Positions 20,608 to 31,202 are shown, numbered from the stretch's first letter. The stretch: DNA of 64,000 nucleotides from Salinispira sp. (GCA_965226555.1 CBDDDG010000018.1:1-64000), one strand, 5' to 3'. Made by a program: numbers and translations. The notes: generated by a model not told the origin, from the letters alone.

Positions 20608-21502
20608 ATGAAAAAATCATCCCAGAGCACAGGCCATATCCACGACATAGCCTTCAAGATCGCCTACTACAGAACCCACCGTATGATTCCCGACCTGCTA
20701 CGGCTGTTCTGTGAGGATACAACGCTTGCCAAGCTGGATCTGGACAAAATCCGCATTGAAACCCCCAGCTACATTGCAGGAAAAAAGAACCTTCACTGCG
20801 ATCTCGTTGTCAGTGCCCCCTTCTTGTCAGACCCCGACCGAAAAGCTCTTTTTATTATTGAAAATTTTGCTCCGCAAAATTTTCCAATAAGGATTCTCTC
20901 ATCTATACTCTTGATTCTCTCACGGTATAGAAAGTTTTGCCTTGGAAAATTGTGCAAGCACAATTTCCAGTAGCAAAACTTTTGTATTGAACACAAAAGC
21001 TACCAGCACAAACATGCTCTCACACAGATCGATGACTATCAATATGCCCTCAGAAACAGCAATGTGTACAATGAAAATGATGCTATCTATATACTTCTGC
21101 TCTACCACGGAAAAGGTGAATGGAACCTCCCCCTCACATTTTACAGTTCTCATGGAAATCCAGCTTCCGAATCCATGATCGAAGGCACGGTAGATGTCAG
21201 GGCGAGAGTGTCGTACATTGTGCGTGATCTTTGTAGAATGAAAAAGAAGCAGTTGGCATTGCGTTCCGATGAAAAACGATATACATCGACTGCGTTGTGG
21301 TATATAATGCGAGATAATAACAAAGGGCCGGGCTGAGGGCATTGAGAAAGGTATTCTGAAAGGTCGCGCGGAGGGGCATATTGAGGAACGGAGAAAAAAC
21401 GCTCGCAGTATGTTTTTGGAAGGGTTGTCGACCGAGGCTGTTCAGAGAATTACCGGGCTGAGCGATGAGGAAATGCGGACAGTGCGGAACGGATCGCATT
21501 AA
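20608..21502 (+). pseudogene. Rpn copy 2: MITE insertion, internal deletion, chimeric C-terminus
   Basis: N-terminal part matches rpn1. A 129-bp insert sits in the IIEHKS motif. The out-of-frame tail GRAEG...RNGSH* matches rpn3. Confidence 0.85.
20860..20983. mobile_element. Composite palindromic MITE, copy A
   Basis: 25-bp palindrome plus spacer plus 52-bp palindrome; absent from paralog rpn1; TATTGAA appears at both junctions. Confidence 0.85.
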
Positions 21503-21639
21503 GTTGGAACCGCTCTGCCTGCGCTCATAGTGGATAATAAAGATATTTTCTGCTAAGATAACTAGGCAAAGTTTTGCAAAACTTTCATTATTCTTTTGTG
21601 CATTCAGCCGATACTAACTATATCTAAACGGAGAAACCA

Positions 21640-23262
21640 ATGACTGGCGATCACATTGATCAGGATTTTAGAGTAGATAACGTGTTGGAAAACAATGATA
21701 AAGAATTAAACACCTATGGAGTTTTTGTAAAGGAAGGACCGGATAACGTAGAAAATCCGAATTCTGAGATTGAGTCTGATTCCCTTTCTGAAATTGAGTC
21801 TGATTCCTTTTCTGAGATTGAGTCTGATTCCCTTTCTGAAATTGAAATTGATTCTGAAATTGAGATGAATCTGTCAGAGGCGGATATGGAATTTTCTAAA
21901 CATTCGGCCGAAGATCTGAGTGAAGAAGAACGGCAACTTTTCGAAAATCTCGAAACAGAAGATTTATTACTTCAGTCCGATATAGCACGTTTTGATCTTG
22001 ATGTAGATAATGAAATTGATAACGATAGTGACAGCATGAACGATAGTGACAGCATGAACGATATTGACAGCATGAACGATAGTGATATTGCGGCAACAGA
22101 CGATGAGGCAACACTCTTACCCTATCCGAAGAATGAGAGCGATGAAACTGAAAATGCACCTTCTCCTCTCCCCCCCCTTGACTTCGATGACGATGATTTA
22201 GATCTCAGCCTCGACCGTTTTGAACCACAGGAAAATTCTGATTCAGACGATTCAATGAACTATTTTGATATCGGGGCAGATAATTTTGAGTTAGAGATAG
22301 ATACAGATCAAACTGACATCGATCTGAGTGAACCGGAAGACGATATAATCATTACCGATGACATCGTAACTATGGATGAGCAGCCGGATATCGATCTGAG
22401 TGAACCGGAAGACGATATAATCATTACCGATGACATCGTAACTATGGATGAGCAGCCGGATATCGATCTGAGTGAACCGGAAGACGATATAATCATTACC
22501 GATGACATTGTAACTATGGATGAGCAGCCGGATATCGATCTGAGTGAACCGGAAGATGATATAATCATTACCGATGACATAGTAACTATGGATGAGCAGC
22601 CGGATATCGATCTGAGTGAACCGGAAGACGATATAATCATTACCGATGACATAGTAACTATGGATGAGCAGCCGGATATCGCTTACACAGAGAATTTTTC
22701 CGAACTTGATGATAGCAGCAATCTGTCGGGAGCCGCTGCGCTTCAGGAAATTGAAGAAGAACTGGGCACGATCAAGTCTGAACTACATGAATTGAGGCAG
22801 GAACTGAAACATCTTCGCGGCATTGAAGATACATACTCACCGGCAGCTCCTGAGAACAATGAAATTTCAGAAACGACAACTCCAGCCAGCGAGCCAACAC
22901 TGGAGCTTTCTGATACTCCCCATCATCCTCCCTCTGGAGAAATGGAAGATGCCGTTACCCTGACCACAGATGAACTCGAAAAAATTCTGCATTCATCTGC
23001 CCCGCCTGCTTCTGAGAAAAAGGACTCTCTTGACGATGTGGGTTTATCCTTGCCCGATGATCTCAGTGATGATCCTGAGAAGATTGAACTGAGCGATGAT
23101 ACATCGGAATCTCCGACCATGGAACTGAAACAAGAATTGAAAGAAGTTTTAAAGTATATGGATTCACTTCTTGATAATCTCCCTGAAGAAAAAATTGAAG
23201 AATTCGCAAGATCTGAGCATTTCTCAACATATCAGAAACTCTTTGAAGAACTAGGATTGTAA
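21640..23262 (+). CDS. Highly acidic low-complexity protein with a conserved-looking C-terminal helical domain
   Basis: 540 aa, D/E-rich, ending LKYMDSLLDNLPEEKIEEFARSEHF..Y.KLFEELGL. Confidence 0.75.
   Translation: MTGDHIDQDFRVDNVLENNDKELNTYGVFVKEGPDNVENPNSEIESDSLSEIESDSFSEIESDSLSEIEIDSEIEMNLSEADMEFSKHSAEDLSEEERQLFENLETEDLLLQSDIARFDLDVDNEIDNDSDSMNDSDSMNDIDSMNDSDIAATDDEATLLPYPKNESDETENAPSPLPPLDFDDDDLDLSLDRFEPQENSDSDDSMNYFDIGADNFELEIDTDQTDIDLSEPEDDIIITDDIVTMDEQPDIDLSEPEDDIIITDDIVTMDEQPDIDLSEPEDDIIITDDIVTMDEQPDIDLSEPEDDIIITDDIVTMDEQPDIDLSEPEDDIIITDDIVTMDEQPDIAYTENFSELDDSSNLSGAAALQEIEEELGTIKSELHELRQELKHLRGIEDTYSPAAPENNEISETTTPASEPTLELSDTPHHPPSGEMEDAVTLTTDELEKILHSSAPPASEKKDSLDDVGLSLPDDLSDDPEKIELSDDTSESPTMELKQELKEVLKYMDSLLDNLPEEKIEEFARSEHFSTYQKLFEELGL
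22315..22680 (+). repeat. Five near-perfect 72-bp tandem repeats
   Basis: Encodes DIDLSEPEDDIIITDDIVTMDEQP five times. Confidence 0.95.
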
Positions 23263-23266
23263 ACAC

Positions 23267-24151
23267 ATGGGCCTTTTGGCAAGCGGACTGGCAAAAAAAA
23301 CGGAAACGCTCAAAACAATTTTTCCGGAGATTCTCAAGAACATTCAAGCCCTTGACCATGGGCTGGATGTGCCATATCGATCATTTGAAATTCTCTGCAA
23401 TTCCATTGACCACTGTGAAGCTGTCTTTTTTTTGAAAGATACCTATACACATCTCATGCAGCCTGTTTCCGCATTCCCCCAACGAGATATGCCCCCGCCC
23501 CTTAAGGATTATACAGATATTCAATCGCCGTGCCTGCTCACTGAAACAGACGATATACAGACATGGAAACAGTATCTCCCTTCACAGGACATGCCTGAGA
23601 AGCTCCTCATTATTCCCATTGGAAACAATGCCGGCGAAGGATTTTTACTGATAAGCCGGAGTATATTTTTTACTCGCACTCATGAAAATATCCTGCTTTT
23701 GGCATCCATACTTTCAGACATCCTCACGACAATGATTCAGAAAACCCGCTCACCCATTCTCCGGAACATCACCCTCCACAACCCTCCCAACACCAGTACC
23801 TTTGCTCAGGCCATTCGCGAAGGTTCAGGAGAACATTCACTGCTCCTCTCATTTTCAGATACGCACCTCACTAAAGCATTCGCCCATTCGGCTCCGCATA
23901 CCTGGGAAACCCGCTTCCAGCATGATCTCCTGCAGGTTCTCGGATCAATAGCGCAGGGAGAGGGCATGGTTGCCCATTATATGAGCCAATTCCATGTTTT
24001 CTTCTTTAATGCAGAGAATCTTGACAGTATTACAATAGGTCAGCAAATTCAGACTTCGCTTGGAAGAGCCTTTTCCATACCCCTGCCCACCCTACAATTC
24101 AGCGAAACCGACCCTGCTGAAGCACTTCAGGATACCAAGCATATATTATGA
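23267..24151 (+). CDS. Hypothetical protein (possibly GAF-like)
   Basis: 294-aa ORF in operon context. Confidence 0.6.
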   Translation: MGLLASGLAKKTETLKTIFPEILKNIQALDHGLDVPYRSFEILCNSIDHCEAVFFLKDTYTHLMQPVSAFPQRDMPPPLKDYTDIQSPCLLTETDDIQTWKQYLPSQDMPEKLLIIPIGNNAGEGFLLISRSIFFTRTHENILLLASILSDILTTMIQKTRSPILRNITLHNPPNTSTFAQAIREGSGEHSLLLSFSDTHLTKAFAHSAPHTWETRFQHDLLQVLGSIAQGEGMVAHYMSQFHVFFFNAENLDSITIGQQIQTSLGRAFSIPLPTLQFSETDPAEALQDTKHIL

Positions 24152-25650
24152 GAGCAACTCTCAGGGCATGCGCGGACAACTCATTGTACAGTATCACATA
24201 TGGTAATACCTTACTTCACAGTCTGCGGAACCCATGGAAGGAAGCCGAACGAATTGTCCGTTCTCAACTTGAGCACTCCAATTTTTCGAAACGCGTTTCA
24301 GGAAATTGCAGAGCAATTTTTTTTCTTCTGAACCCGGGCCTCGCCTACGGAGCCGCAGTGCTGCTTCAGTACTACCCCAAGGCAACAATACATGCTGTCT
24401 ATTCCGATAGAGAACTGTATACCCTTGTTATGAACTGCAACATCATGTACCCGGCAACCCGGCAACCCGGCATTGTTACCAGTCTCATGCTATCGGATTT
24501 TAAGAACTACGTTTTTTCAACACTCACAGGACTGGCGGTTTTACAAACACAGGTCATAAATTGGCTTCCTTCCTCATCTGTCTCCGGACATCGGCAACTT
24601 CTGTCCGATTATCGGTTGGCAATGCGGGAAATTCAGGCAGGCATCCTCAGCAGAATGTACTTTGGAAAACCCTGGATGAAAAACATTTCTCTGAACATTC
24701 ACCGCCTCAGCAAAATGAAAAAACTGACATCGCTTTCAGGGTCGGTATTTCTCTGCGCAGCCGGTCCAAGCCTGAACTATTCCATGGAACTCATTAAGCG
24801 ATTACGCTCACGGGTACACATATGGGCGCTTTCCTCAAGTGTCAGAGCACTGGTATCGGAGGGCATTATACCGGATTGTATTGTCAGTACCGATGGGGGA
24901 TATTGGGCAGGACTGCATCTGCAGTTTTCTGCCCCGGAAAGCCATATCATTATGAGCCTCAATGCGCGGGTTCCGGCAGCATTTTTTCACAGATGTACAT
25001 CGACCGAATTTGTTCTTATGAACATGCCCTTTCTGAAAAATTCCGAAAACAAAGAATTTATGACGGTGCCGGAACGCGGTTCAGTAATTTTTACTGCGCT
25101 TGATATTCTTGAACGGCTCCATGACGGTCCACTAGTTCTGTTGGGTGCCGACTTCACCCCGCAGGGTCTTCAGAGCCATGCGCGTCCCCAGGCCTTCGAG
25201 GAATTCATTGAATCGGAGTATACCCGCCTGCATCCGCTCACAACAGAACGCTTTGAACGAATTTCAGGAGAACAGCTCAATATCTATTCCGAATGGTTCA
25301 GAACAGAGGGCGGAAAATCAATTTCATCGTCTATCTACCGGTGGAGGGGAAGTAGGATCCGGCTGCCTGTTACCGAACTTACTTCAGAAGATGAACTGAA
25401 ATATATTGTAGATACCGCTCCCAAAATGCAGACCAGCTGGGAAACTATTTCAGTGAAAAAATCGGATGCCGATGTTTTCATCAACATACCGAAACCGCTT
25501 CCCGGGGATCTCTTCTCACAGAGCGATCATCTTGAGCTGCTTGAAGCGATCGTGTATGTAAACGGAATCGAATTGAAAAACCAGTACACGTATTGGCTGA
25601 AGGGAACGGAAGAAGAATTATGTCTCAGTGAACTTGAGAATAATCTGTAG
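24148..25650 (+). CDS. Maf/MptE-like (DUF115) protein
   Basis: LHSLRNPWKEAER, CAAGPSL, PDCIVSTD and LLGADF. Confidence 0.75.
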   Translation: MRATLRACADNSLYSITYGNTLLHSLRNPWKEAERIVRSQLEHSNFSKRVSGNCRAIFFLLNPGLAYGAAVLLQYYPKATIHAVYSDRELYTLVMNCNIMYPATRQPGIVTSLMLSDFKNYVFSTLTGLAVLQTQVINWLPSSSVSGHRQLLSDYRLAMREIQAGILSRMYFGKPWMKNISLNIHRLSKMKKLTSLSGSVFLCAAGPSLNYSMELIKRLRSRVHIWALSSSVRALVSEGIIPDCIVSTDGGYWAGLHLQFSAPESHIIMSLNARVPAAFFHRCTSTEFVLMNMPFLKNSENKEFMTVPERGSVIFTALDILERLHDGPLVLLGADFTPQGLQSHARPQAFEEFIESEYTRLHPLTTERFERISGEQLNIYSEWFRTEGGKSISSSIYRWRGSRIRLPVTELTSEDELKYIVDTAPKMQTSWETISVKKSDADVFINIPKPLPGDLFSQSDHLELLEAIVYVNGIELKNQYTYWLKGTEEELCLSELENNL

Positions 25651-25676
25651 GGAATAATCTGTAGGGATGGTGAGAT

Positions 25677-26555
25677 ATGAAAAAATTTATTTGCAAGAAA
25701 AGGGATTTTTCGTATAATAGATTCATGAAGTCTTTTTTCGGAAAAATATATGCGGTAACTGCGGTACTCTTTTTTCTCTCGCTTATAATTTTTGTCATGT
25801 TTCAACTGTTTGCCTTCGATGCATCTGCCAGAGTAATACGGGCGCCTTCACGAACCGAAGTACACGGTATCCTGATAAACGTCTTATATTTCTTGATGGG
25901 GTATATCGTATTTACCTTTTTCTTTCTTATTCTGAAAAATGCCATGCCTCAAAAGAAACCAGAAGAAAAGCCAGAAAAATTGACAAAAAACATAGATCCA
26001 AATATTCTTGACAAGAGGGTATCCATGCAAAAACCTGAACCAATCATACATGGCCAACTCGTATCATTGCGCGACAGCCGGATTTGGCCGCTTGAACTTT
26101 TAAAGCTCCGTCTCAATAACGAGATTGAACGTTCAACAGAAAATGAAGCCGATTTGGGCTTCATCATTTTTCAGCTTGGCAAAGATTTCACAGGAGAACC
26201 GAAGCTTATTGACGGTTTTGAAAAAATAATACTTGAGGTTTTTCGTTATTCCGACATGATTTATAATCTTGCCCCCTACTATTATGGGGTGATTGTGCCA
26301 AATAGACGGGCATCGGAATGCCTGCGTCTGATTAAACGCTTTTTACAAATTACTGAAACAATTTTTGCGCAGAAAAGGGAAATTTATGTTGGATACAGTA
26401 CCCGCTGCGGGAGAATGGTAAATAGTAAGCGGCTTTTCAAAGAAAGCCTCATGTCGGTATCGCAGGCAGGCCCCGACAAAAAACAGATAATCCATTTCAA
26501 ACCCGATCTTCACAAATATCAGAGACTTCTGGCAGAATTACGCAATAATATGTAG
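25677..26555 (+). CDS. Membrane protein with a degenerate GGDEF-like domain
   Basis: Two TMs and LKLRLNNEIERS....DL; no GGDEF motif; start may be 25725. Confidence 0.6.
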   Translation: MKKFICKKRDFSYNRFMKSFFGKIYAVTAVLFFLSLIIFVMFQLFAFDASARVIRAPSRTEVHGILINVLYFLMGYIVFTFFFLILKNAMPQKKPEEKPEKLTKNIDPNILDKRVSMQKPEPIIHGQLVSLRDSRIWPLELLKLRLNNEIERSTENEADLGFIIFQLGKDFTGEPKLIDGFEKIILEVFRYSDMIYNLAPYYYGVIVPNRRASECLRLIKRFLQITETIFAQKREIYVGYSTRCGRMVNSKRLFKESLMSVSQAGPDKKQIIHFKPDLHKYQRLLAELRNNM

Positions 26556-26562
26556 CTGAAAA

Positions 26563-27570
26563 TTAAAAATCGCTGAAAATAGTATAGCGCCATTCTGGAA
26601 GCACATATATCCGAAGACCTCCCTCAGGCGATTTTAATGCTGAATCTGCCGATTGACTCATATAATATGTTATTGATTCTTCATGTTGTTCTTTGTATAT
26701 GATGATACTGAGATCTCTGGAAGCATCTGTCTCTACACCAACACCCAGGATATATTCAGCCTCATCTGGAAGAGCATCAACTATGTTCTCTCCCTCAAGC
26801 CTCAGCAGAGTACGCGCAGCATTGTCTACTTCGGGAAGAACATCATCTCCAACCGACGATACCCACTGATCATCTTCATCTTTAAACCAATTTTCTCTGA
26901 TCCCATTCGGATATGTACGATAAAAGCTCAAGGGCAGATCATCGACTTCTTCCCAAAGACGCAGATCGGTCCAGTAGAGCTCAGGCTGATTAAGATAAAA
27001 ACTCAGCGACGTATCAATGGTATATATTTCCGGCATATCTTCAATACGGAAATACTGCTCACTCCGCTGCGCGGCAATGTTGCCAAAATAAAACCGTCCG
27101 ATGAGACGTTCTTCTCCATCGAAGAGTTCCACAGTTTCGGAATTATTCAGACCAAAACTATCCGCATCTTCAAGACTGTTGCTCGCCCGCCGGATAAATT
27201 GCGCAGTTAAAAGAGCATCCGTGAAATCTTCCACACGCTCCGCTCGCGCCCGGCGAATTCGGGCATCTGACGATTGCCCGGAAGATTGCCCGAAAGATTG
27301 CACTGTCCACATACCCTCCGTGAGGCGAAGTGCTATGTCCTTTTCAGTCCGTATTGTTATGCGCTGAATATCAATATCTTCGGAGAAAAACTGGTCGGTG
27401 CCGCCCAAATCAATATGCCGCTGGCGAGATTGAATGAGATTTCCAAAAATAAATATCAGAAAAAGAATGAACGCTGTCAGCAGCAGAATGCCGAGGTTTC
27501 TGCGATACAGATTGTGAAACGGAGCAGTGGATTCAGGGGCAGCCGAGTTTGTTTGTATGTTCTTATTCAT
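26563..27570 (-). CDS. DUF4340 domain protein
   Basis: TM then DSFGL...FYFGN...QYFR; follows gldG. Confidence 0.7.
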   Translation of the reverse strand: MNKNIQTNSAAPESTAPFHNLYRRNLGILLLTAFILFLIFIFGNLIQSRQRHIDLGGTDQFFSEDIDIQRITIRTEKDIALRLTEGMWTVQSFGQSSGQSSDARIRRARAERVEDFTDALLTAQFIRRASNSLEDADSFGLNNSETVELFDGEERLIGRFYFGNIAAQRSEQYFRIEDMPEIYTIDTSLSFYLNQPELYWTDLRLWEEVDDLPLSFYRTYPNGIRENWFKDEDDQWVSSVGDDVLPEVDNAARTLLRLEGENIVDALPDEAEYILGVGVETDASRDLSIIIYKEQHEESITYYMSQSADSALKSPEGGLRIYVLPEWRYTIFSDF

Positions 27571-29194
27571 TGCGTGTTTCCTCCTTGTGTGGTTCCTCAT
27601 TGGGAATAAATGGTAGTTCTGCCTTTCTTCGGCGCCGAGTATGGCGAATAAGGGCAAAAAGTATAATGAGAATGGGTATAACGGCAATGTTGAGAGCCTT
27701 CGCGAGAAGGATGGTGCCGTTGGCGGCAGATTCAGATAAGGCAGTTAATCGTGTACTTCGGGCTCCGCGGGTGCGAATTTTGAGCAGTTCTTCATCGCCA
27801 ACGAGGTATTCCAGAATAGTCTGCATAAGAACAATGTTATATTGAGATCTGCCGACCTGATAAAGTTCCGATGGAAAATCGCTGTCGCCAAAAACAAGAA
27901 GTCGAGAACCTTCACTGGAAGTAAGCGGATCCTCATAGGATATACCCCGCTCAAGTACCTGCTCAGGCGGATCCGTGAACCATGCCGACAGGGGATCAGA
28001 AACACTCACAGCCAGCGCGTAGTTTCCATCCCGATTTTCAGCTGTAAACATGGCCGATTGTATTGTTTCAGGATCGGTAAGATAGTCAGACATGAGGACT
28101 GAGTCCGAACTGGAAAAATACAGTACTTCGCTGTCTGAAAGATCTTCCGACAGGGTAATGGGGCTTGCCCAGAAAAGATCCAGACCCTGAAAACGCGCTG
28201 AAACAGGGTTCTCGGTATGTACCGCATTGTCAAGCACCTGCACCCATGGCGGATACGGCAGGTAGGTATTGAAAACAACATTTCCCTGCTGCTGCTGAAT
28301 CGGAATAATAAGACTGGAAGCATCGAGAACCCAGGAATTATTAACATTCACACCATAATGTGCAAGCATAGTGAGGAGCCGGCTATCGCTCAGATCTGTT
28401 ACCCGGAGCTGCTGCTGAAGATTCACCTCAGCAGATTCGGCCGCGATCAGTACGCCCCGCCCGCTCAGAATAAACTGTTCAATTGCATAAAGATCGGCAT
28501 CTTCAAGCTGCGCCATCCCCAATACGACAAGCCCGTCTGCGGTCGGCGGAATTGCATCTCCTGCCTGAAGAAGAGAAATATCATAGTATTGTCTGAGATA
28601 CTGACTCATGGTTTCAAAGAGCTGCGGATTCGGATCATCCTTTGCGAGAATGACTGCAATTGAACGCTTCAGTTTTTGTGTCATTGCAATAAGCCGTGAA
28701 GTTATTTCATATTCCAGCACAGTCGCATTATCGATGAACGGGATGATCTCCACTGAATCCTGATAGGTAATTGCAATACCATTGTATACAAGAGCAAAGC
28801 TCTGCTCATTGTTTTCAATAACCTGTAATTCCCGGGGAGCAATACCAAGATCCTCCGGTGGTATTTCCGGACTTGAGTCCGGATCAATGATCTCGACTCG
28901 GAAGGAGCCGCGGCTTATTCTCTGATATTCATAGAGGATATCCTGTATTTCCTGAAGTTCAGGCAGCCGTGATAAAAGACGGGGTGAAAAATAATACCTA
29001 AGTTCGACGTCATCGGGGAGGGTTCTCAGAATGGTTTTTGAATAGCTGCTGATGCTGAATGCCTGATCCCTGCTGAAGTCGAGACGGAAATAGAAACGAT
29101 CTGAATTCAGCGCCAGAAAAACGAAAATAACTACCGCGAGTATAAAACTGTAACGCATGTATTGCCGATAATTCATGTTCATGTTCATCTCCAC
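27563..29194 (-). CDS. GldG-family ABC transporter auxiliary protein
   Basis: RLDFSRDQAFSISSYSKTIL, LEYEITSRL and RLLVFGDSDF. Confidence 0.9.
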   Translation of the reverse strand: MEMNMNMNYRQYMRYSFILAVVIFVFLALNSDRFYFRLDFSRDQAFSISSYSKTILRTLPDDVELRYYFSPRLLSRLPELQEIQDILYEYQRISRGSFRVEIIDPDSSPEIPPEDLGIAPRELQVIENNEQSFALVYNGIAITYQDSVEIIPFIDNATVLEYEITSRLIAMTQKLKRSIAVILAKDDPNPQLFETMSQYLRQYYDISLLQAGDAIPPTADGLVVLGMAQLEDADLYAIEQFILSGRGVLIAAESAEVNLQQQLRVTDLSDSRLLTMLAHYGVNVNNSWVLDASSLIIPIQQQQGNVVFNTYLPYPPWVQVLDNAVHTENPVSARFQGLDLFWASPITLSEDLSDSEVLYFSSSDSVLMSDYLTDPETIQSAMFTAENRDGNYALAVSVSDPLSAWFTDPPEQVLERGISYEDPLTSSEGSRLLVFGDSDFPSELYQVGRSQYNIVLMQTILEYLVGDEELLKIRTRGARSTRLTALSESAANGTILLAKALNIAVIPILIILFALIRHTRRRRKAELPFIPNEEPHKEETRNE

Positions 29195-29913
29195 TTCCGC
29201 AGAATAACCACCATGGTATTCAGGTATAAAAAGAATACGGTATATATGAGAAAGAAGAAAAGATCGCGTGAATCAAGTACTCCTCTCGCAAATGATGAAA
29301 AATGATGGTTAAGACTGAGGTATGTAAGTATATTGGCGAGGAATGAATTGGATAAATTTGCCGCCAGTAGTTCAAAGATTAAGGTAAATAGTAAGAGGAT
29401 GGTAATGCTGATAAGGCCGGCGGTAATCTGATTTTTAAACAAACTCGATATACATTGCCCAAGCGCTATGGCAAAGGCGCCAAGGAGCATAACTCCGAGG
29501 TACTGCGTGAAAATTGGACCAATGCTGAAATTTCCCAGAAACTGTAATGTGAATATGAGCGGAAGCGTAAGAAGGATTATCACTTTAAACACCATGTAGG
29601 TTCCCGCAAATTTTCCGAGCACTAACTGCCAACTGGTATAGGGCATGGTCAATAATAATTCACTGGTACCGCTTTTGCTTTCCTCAGCCCAGCTTTTCAT
29701 GGTTAGCATGGGTACAAGAAGAATGAAAAGGATGGGAAACATACTGAAATATGCCCGGAATGATGCGTAGTCCCGCGCCGCGAAATTGTAAACATTCAGG
29801 TACCAGATAGAGGAAAATAAAAGGAAAAAAATTGCGGCAAGATATGAGCTGATATTGTTAAGACCGCTTTGAATTTCCTTTGTGATGAGCGGGCCTATCC
29901 GTAGCATTTTCAT
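29185..29913 (-). CDS. GldF-like ABC-2 permease
   Basis: LTMKSWAEESKSGTSELLLTMP. Confidence 0.9.
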   Translation of the reverse strand: MKMLRIGPLITKEIQSGLNNISSYLAAIFFLLFSSIWYLNVYNFAARDYASFRAYFSMFPILFILLVPMLTMKSWAEESKSGTSELLLTMPYTSWQLVLGKFAGTYMVFKVIILLTLPLIFTLQFLGNFSIGPIFTQYLGVMLLGAFAIALGQCISSLFKNQITAGLISITILLLFTLIFELLAANLSNSFLANILTYLSLNHHFSSFARGVLDSRDLFFFLIYTVFFLYLNTMVVILRKWR

Positions 29914-30875
29914 GTTGCATCTCCTTCGTGGGATTTATGGGATTGGCGGGGTTCGGGTGATTCACGGGTGAGTTCGGCAAATACATCCTCAAGGCTCAGA
30001 GTGTCTGCGCGCAATTCCCGGATTTTCACACCCTTCTCTACCGCCCAGTCAAAAATAACGTCCTCTCCCGCGCTGTGTTCTGAATTCATAAGCACTTCGT
30101 ATCCCTGCCCCTGTTCCCGAACATCGCTAACACGATCCAATGCCCTGAGCTCCCGCGCCTGCTCAGCGCTTATGGTATTGAAACGCACAAAAAAACGGAT
30201 ATCTCCACCGAATGTATTCCCAATGGTTCCGGTATCGCCTTGGGCAACTATGCTCCCCTTATTGAGAATAAGAACCCGACTACACACAGCCTCAACTTCC
30301 TGCATAATGTGCGTGGACAGAATAATGGTTTTTTTCTTTCCCAGATTCCGTATTAATTCCCGAATTTCCTTGATCTGATTAGGATCGAGCCCGGAGGTTG
30401 GTTCATCGAGAATGAGTATTTCAGGATCATGGATGAGCGCCTGAGCGAGACCCACCCGTTGACGATAGCCCTTTGAGAGTTCGGAAATTGTCTTATTATA
30501 GACCTCGGCAAGACCGCAATGCGCTACTGTTCTTTGTATGGCGTCTTTCTGCGCTTTTTTTCCGCGTATGCGCGCGCCTGCCTGAAACCGCAGATACTCG
30601 GCAACTGTCAGCTCAGAATAGACGGGGGCATTTTCCGGCAGGTAGCCGATTTTGTTTTTTATTTCCCCAGAATGCGCCAATAGTTCCCGACCATCAATTT
30701 CAACTCTTCCTGATGATGGAAAATGATAGGAAGTGAGTATGCGCATAATTGTTGTTTTTCCGGCGCCGTTTGGACCGAGAAGACCGACTATTTCTCCCCG
30801 ATTAACCGAAAAACTTACTCCCTTCACTGCGTGGAAATTTGCATATGATTTATGTACATCTTCCAGCAATAGCAT
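29910..30875 (-). CDS. GldA-like ABC ATP-binding protein
   Basis: GPNGAGKTT, LSKGYRQR and ILDEPT. Confidence 0.95.
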   Translation of the reverse strand: MLLLEDVHKSYANFHAVKGVSFSVNRGEIVGLLGPNGAGKTTIMRILTSYHFPSSGRVEIDGRELLAHSGEIKNKIGYLPENAPVYSELTVAEYLRFQAGARIRGKKAQKDAIQRTVAHCGLAEVYNKTISELSKGYRQRVGLAQALIHDPEILILDEPTSGLDPNQIKEIRELIRNLGKKKTIILSTHIMQEVEAVCSRVLILNKGSIVAQGDTGTIGNTFGGDIRFFVRFNTISAEQARELRALDRVSDVREQGQGYEVLMNSEHSAGEDVIFDWAVEKGVKIRELRADTLSLEDVFAELTRESPEPRQSHKSHEGDAT

Positions 30876-30900
30876 GAATACCTCCGCGTAAAAACTTTGT

Positions 30901-30969
30901 GAAAATTTTGAATAATGCTATGTGCTGAGCATTCTTACATTTTGCAAAAAGTTTTGCAAGCAAAATTTC
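30901..30969. mobile_element. About 70-bp MITE with IS5-type ends
   Basis: Starts GAAAATTTTGAATAA (the IS5 right TIR reads GAAACTTTTGAATAA), contains TGCTGAGCATTC, and ends GCAAAATTTC. Confidence 0.65.
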
Positions 30970-31202
30970 CCAAACTGTTGGGAAAAAACCATTTCAGTTG
31001 AACCCTAATATTTGATTTTTCAATTATTAACTGCATTGTACTCCGCTGCCATTTTCTTAGCGTGATTAGCGCCAACAACATGCGCTGGAGGTCGACGACC
31101 AGAACCAAACACTTCCAGCAACCGTTGCTCCGACTGTACTTATAATCAAGCCAGTCCAAAAGGCGGTGCTTTCATCGTCGGTTCCGTAATAACTGGGTAT
31201 AC

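Noticed and set aside
20971..20973. Amber recoding (pyrrolysine or readthrough) in rpn2
   Set aside because: TAG terminates ordinary genes here (recO, bamA) and no pyl genes are visible; the stop comes from the inserted element.
22315..22680. Possible CRISPR array
   Set aside because: Contiguous in-frame 72-bp units with no unique spacers and no cas genes.
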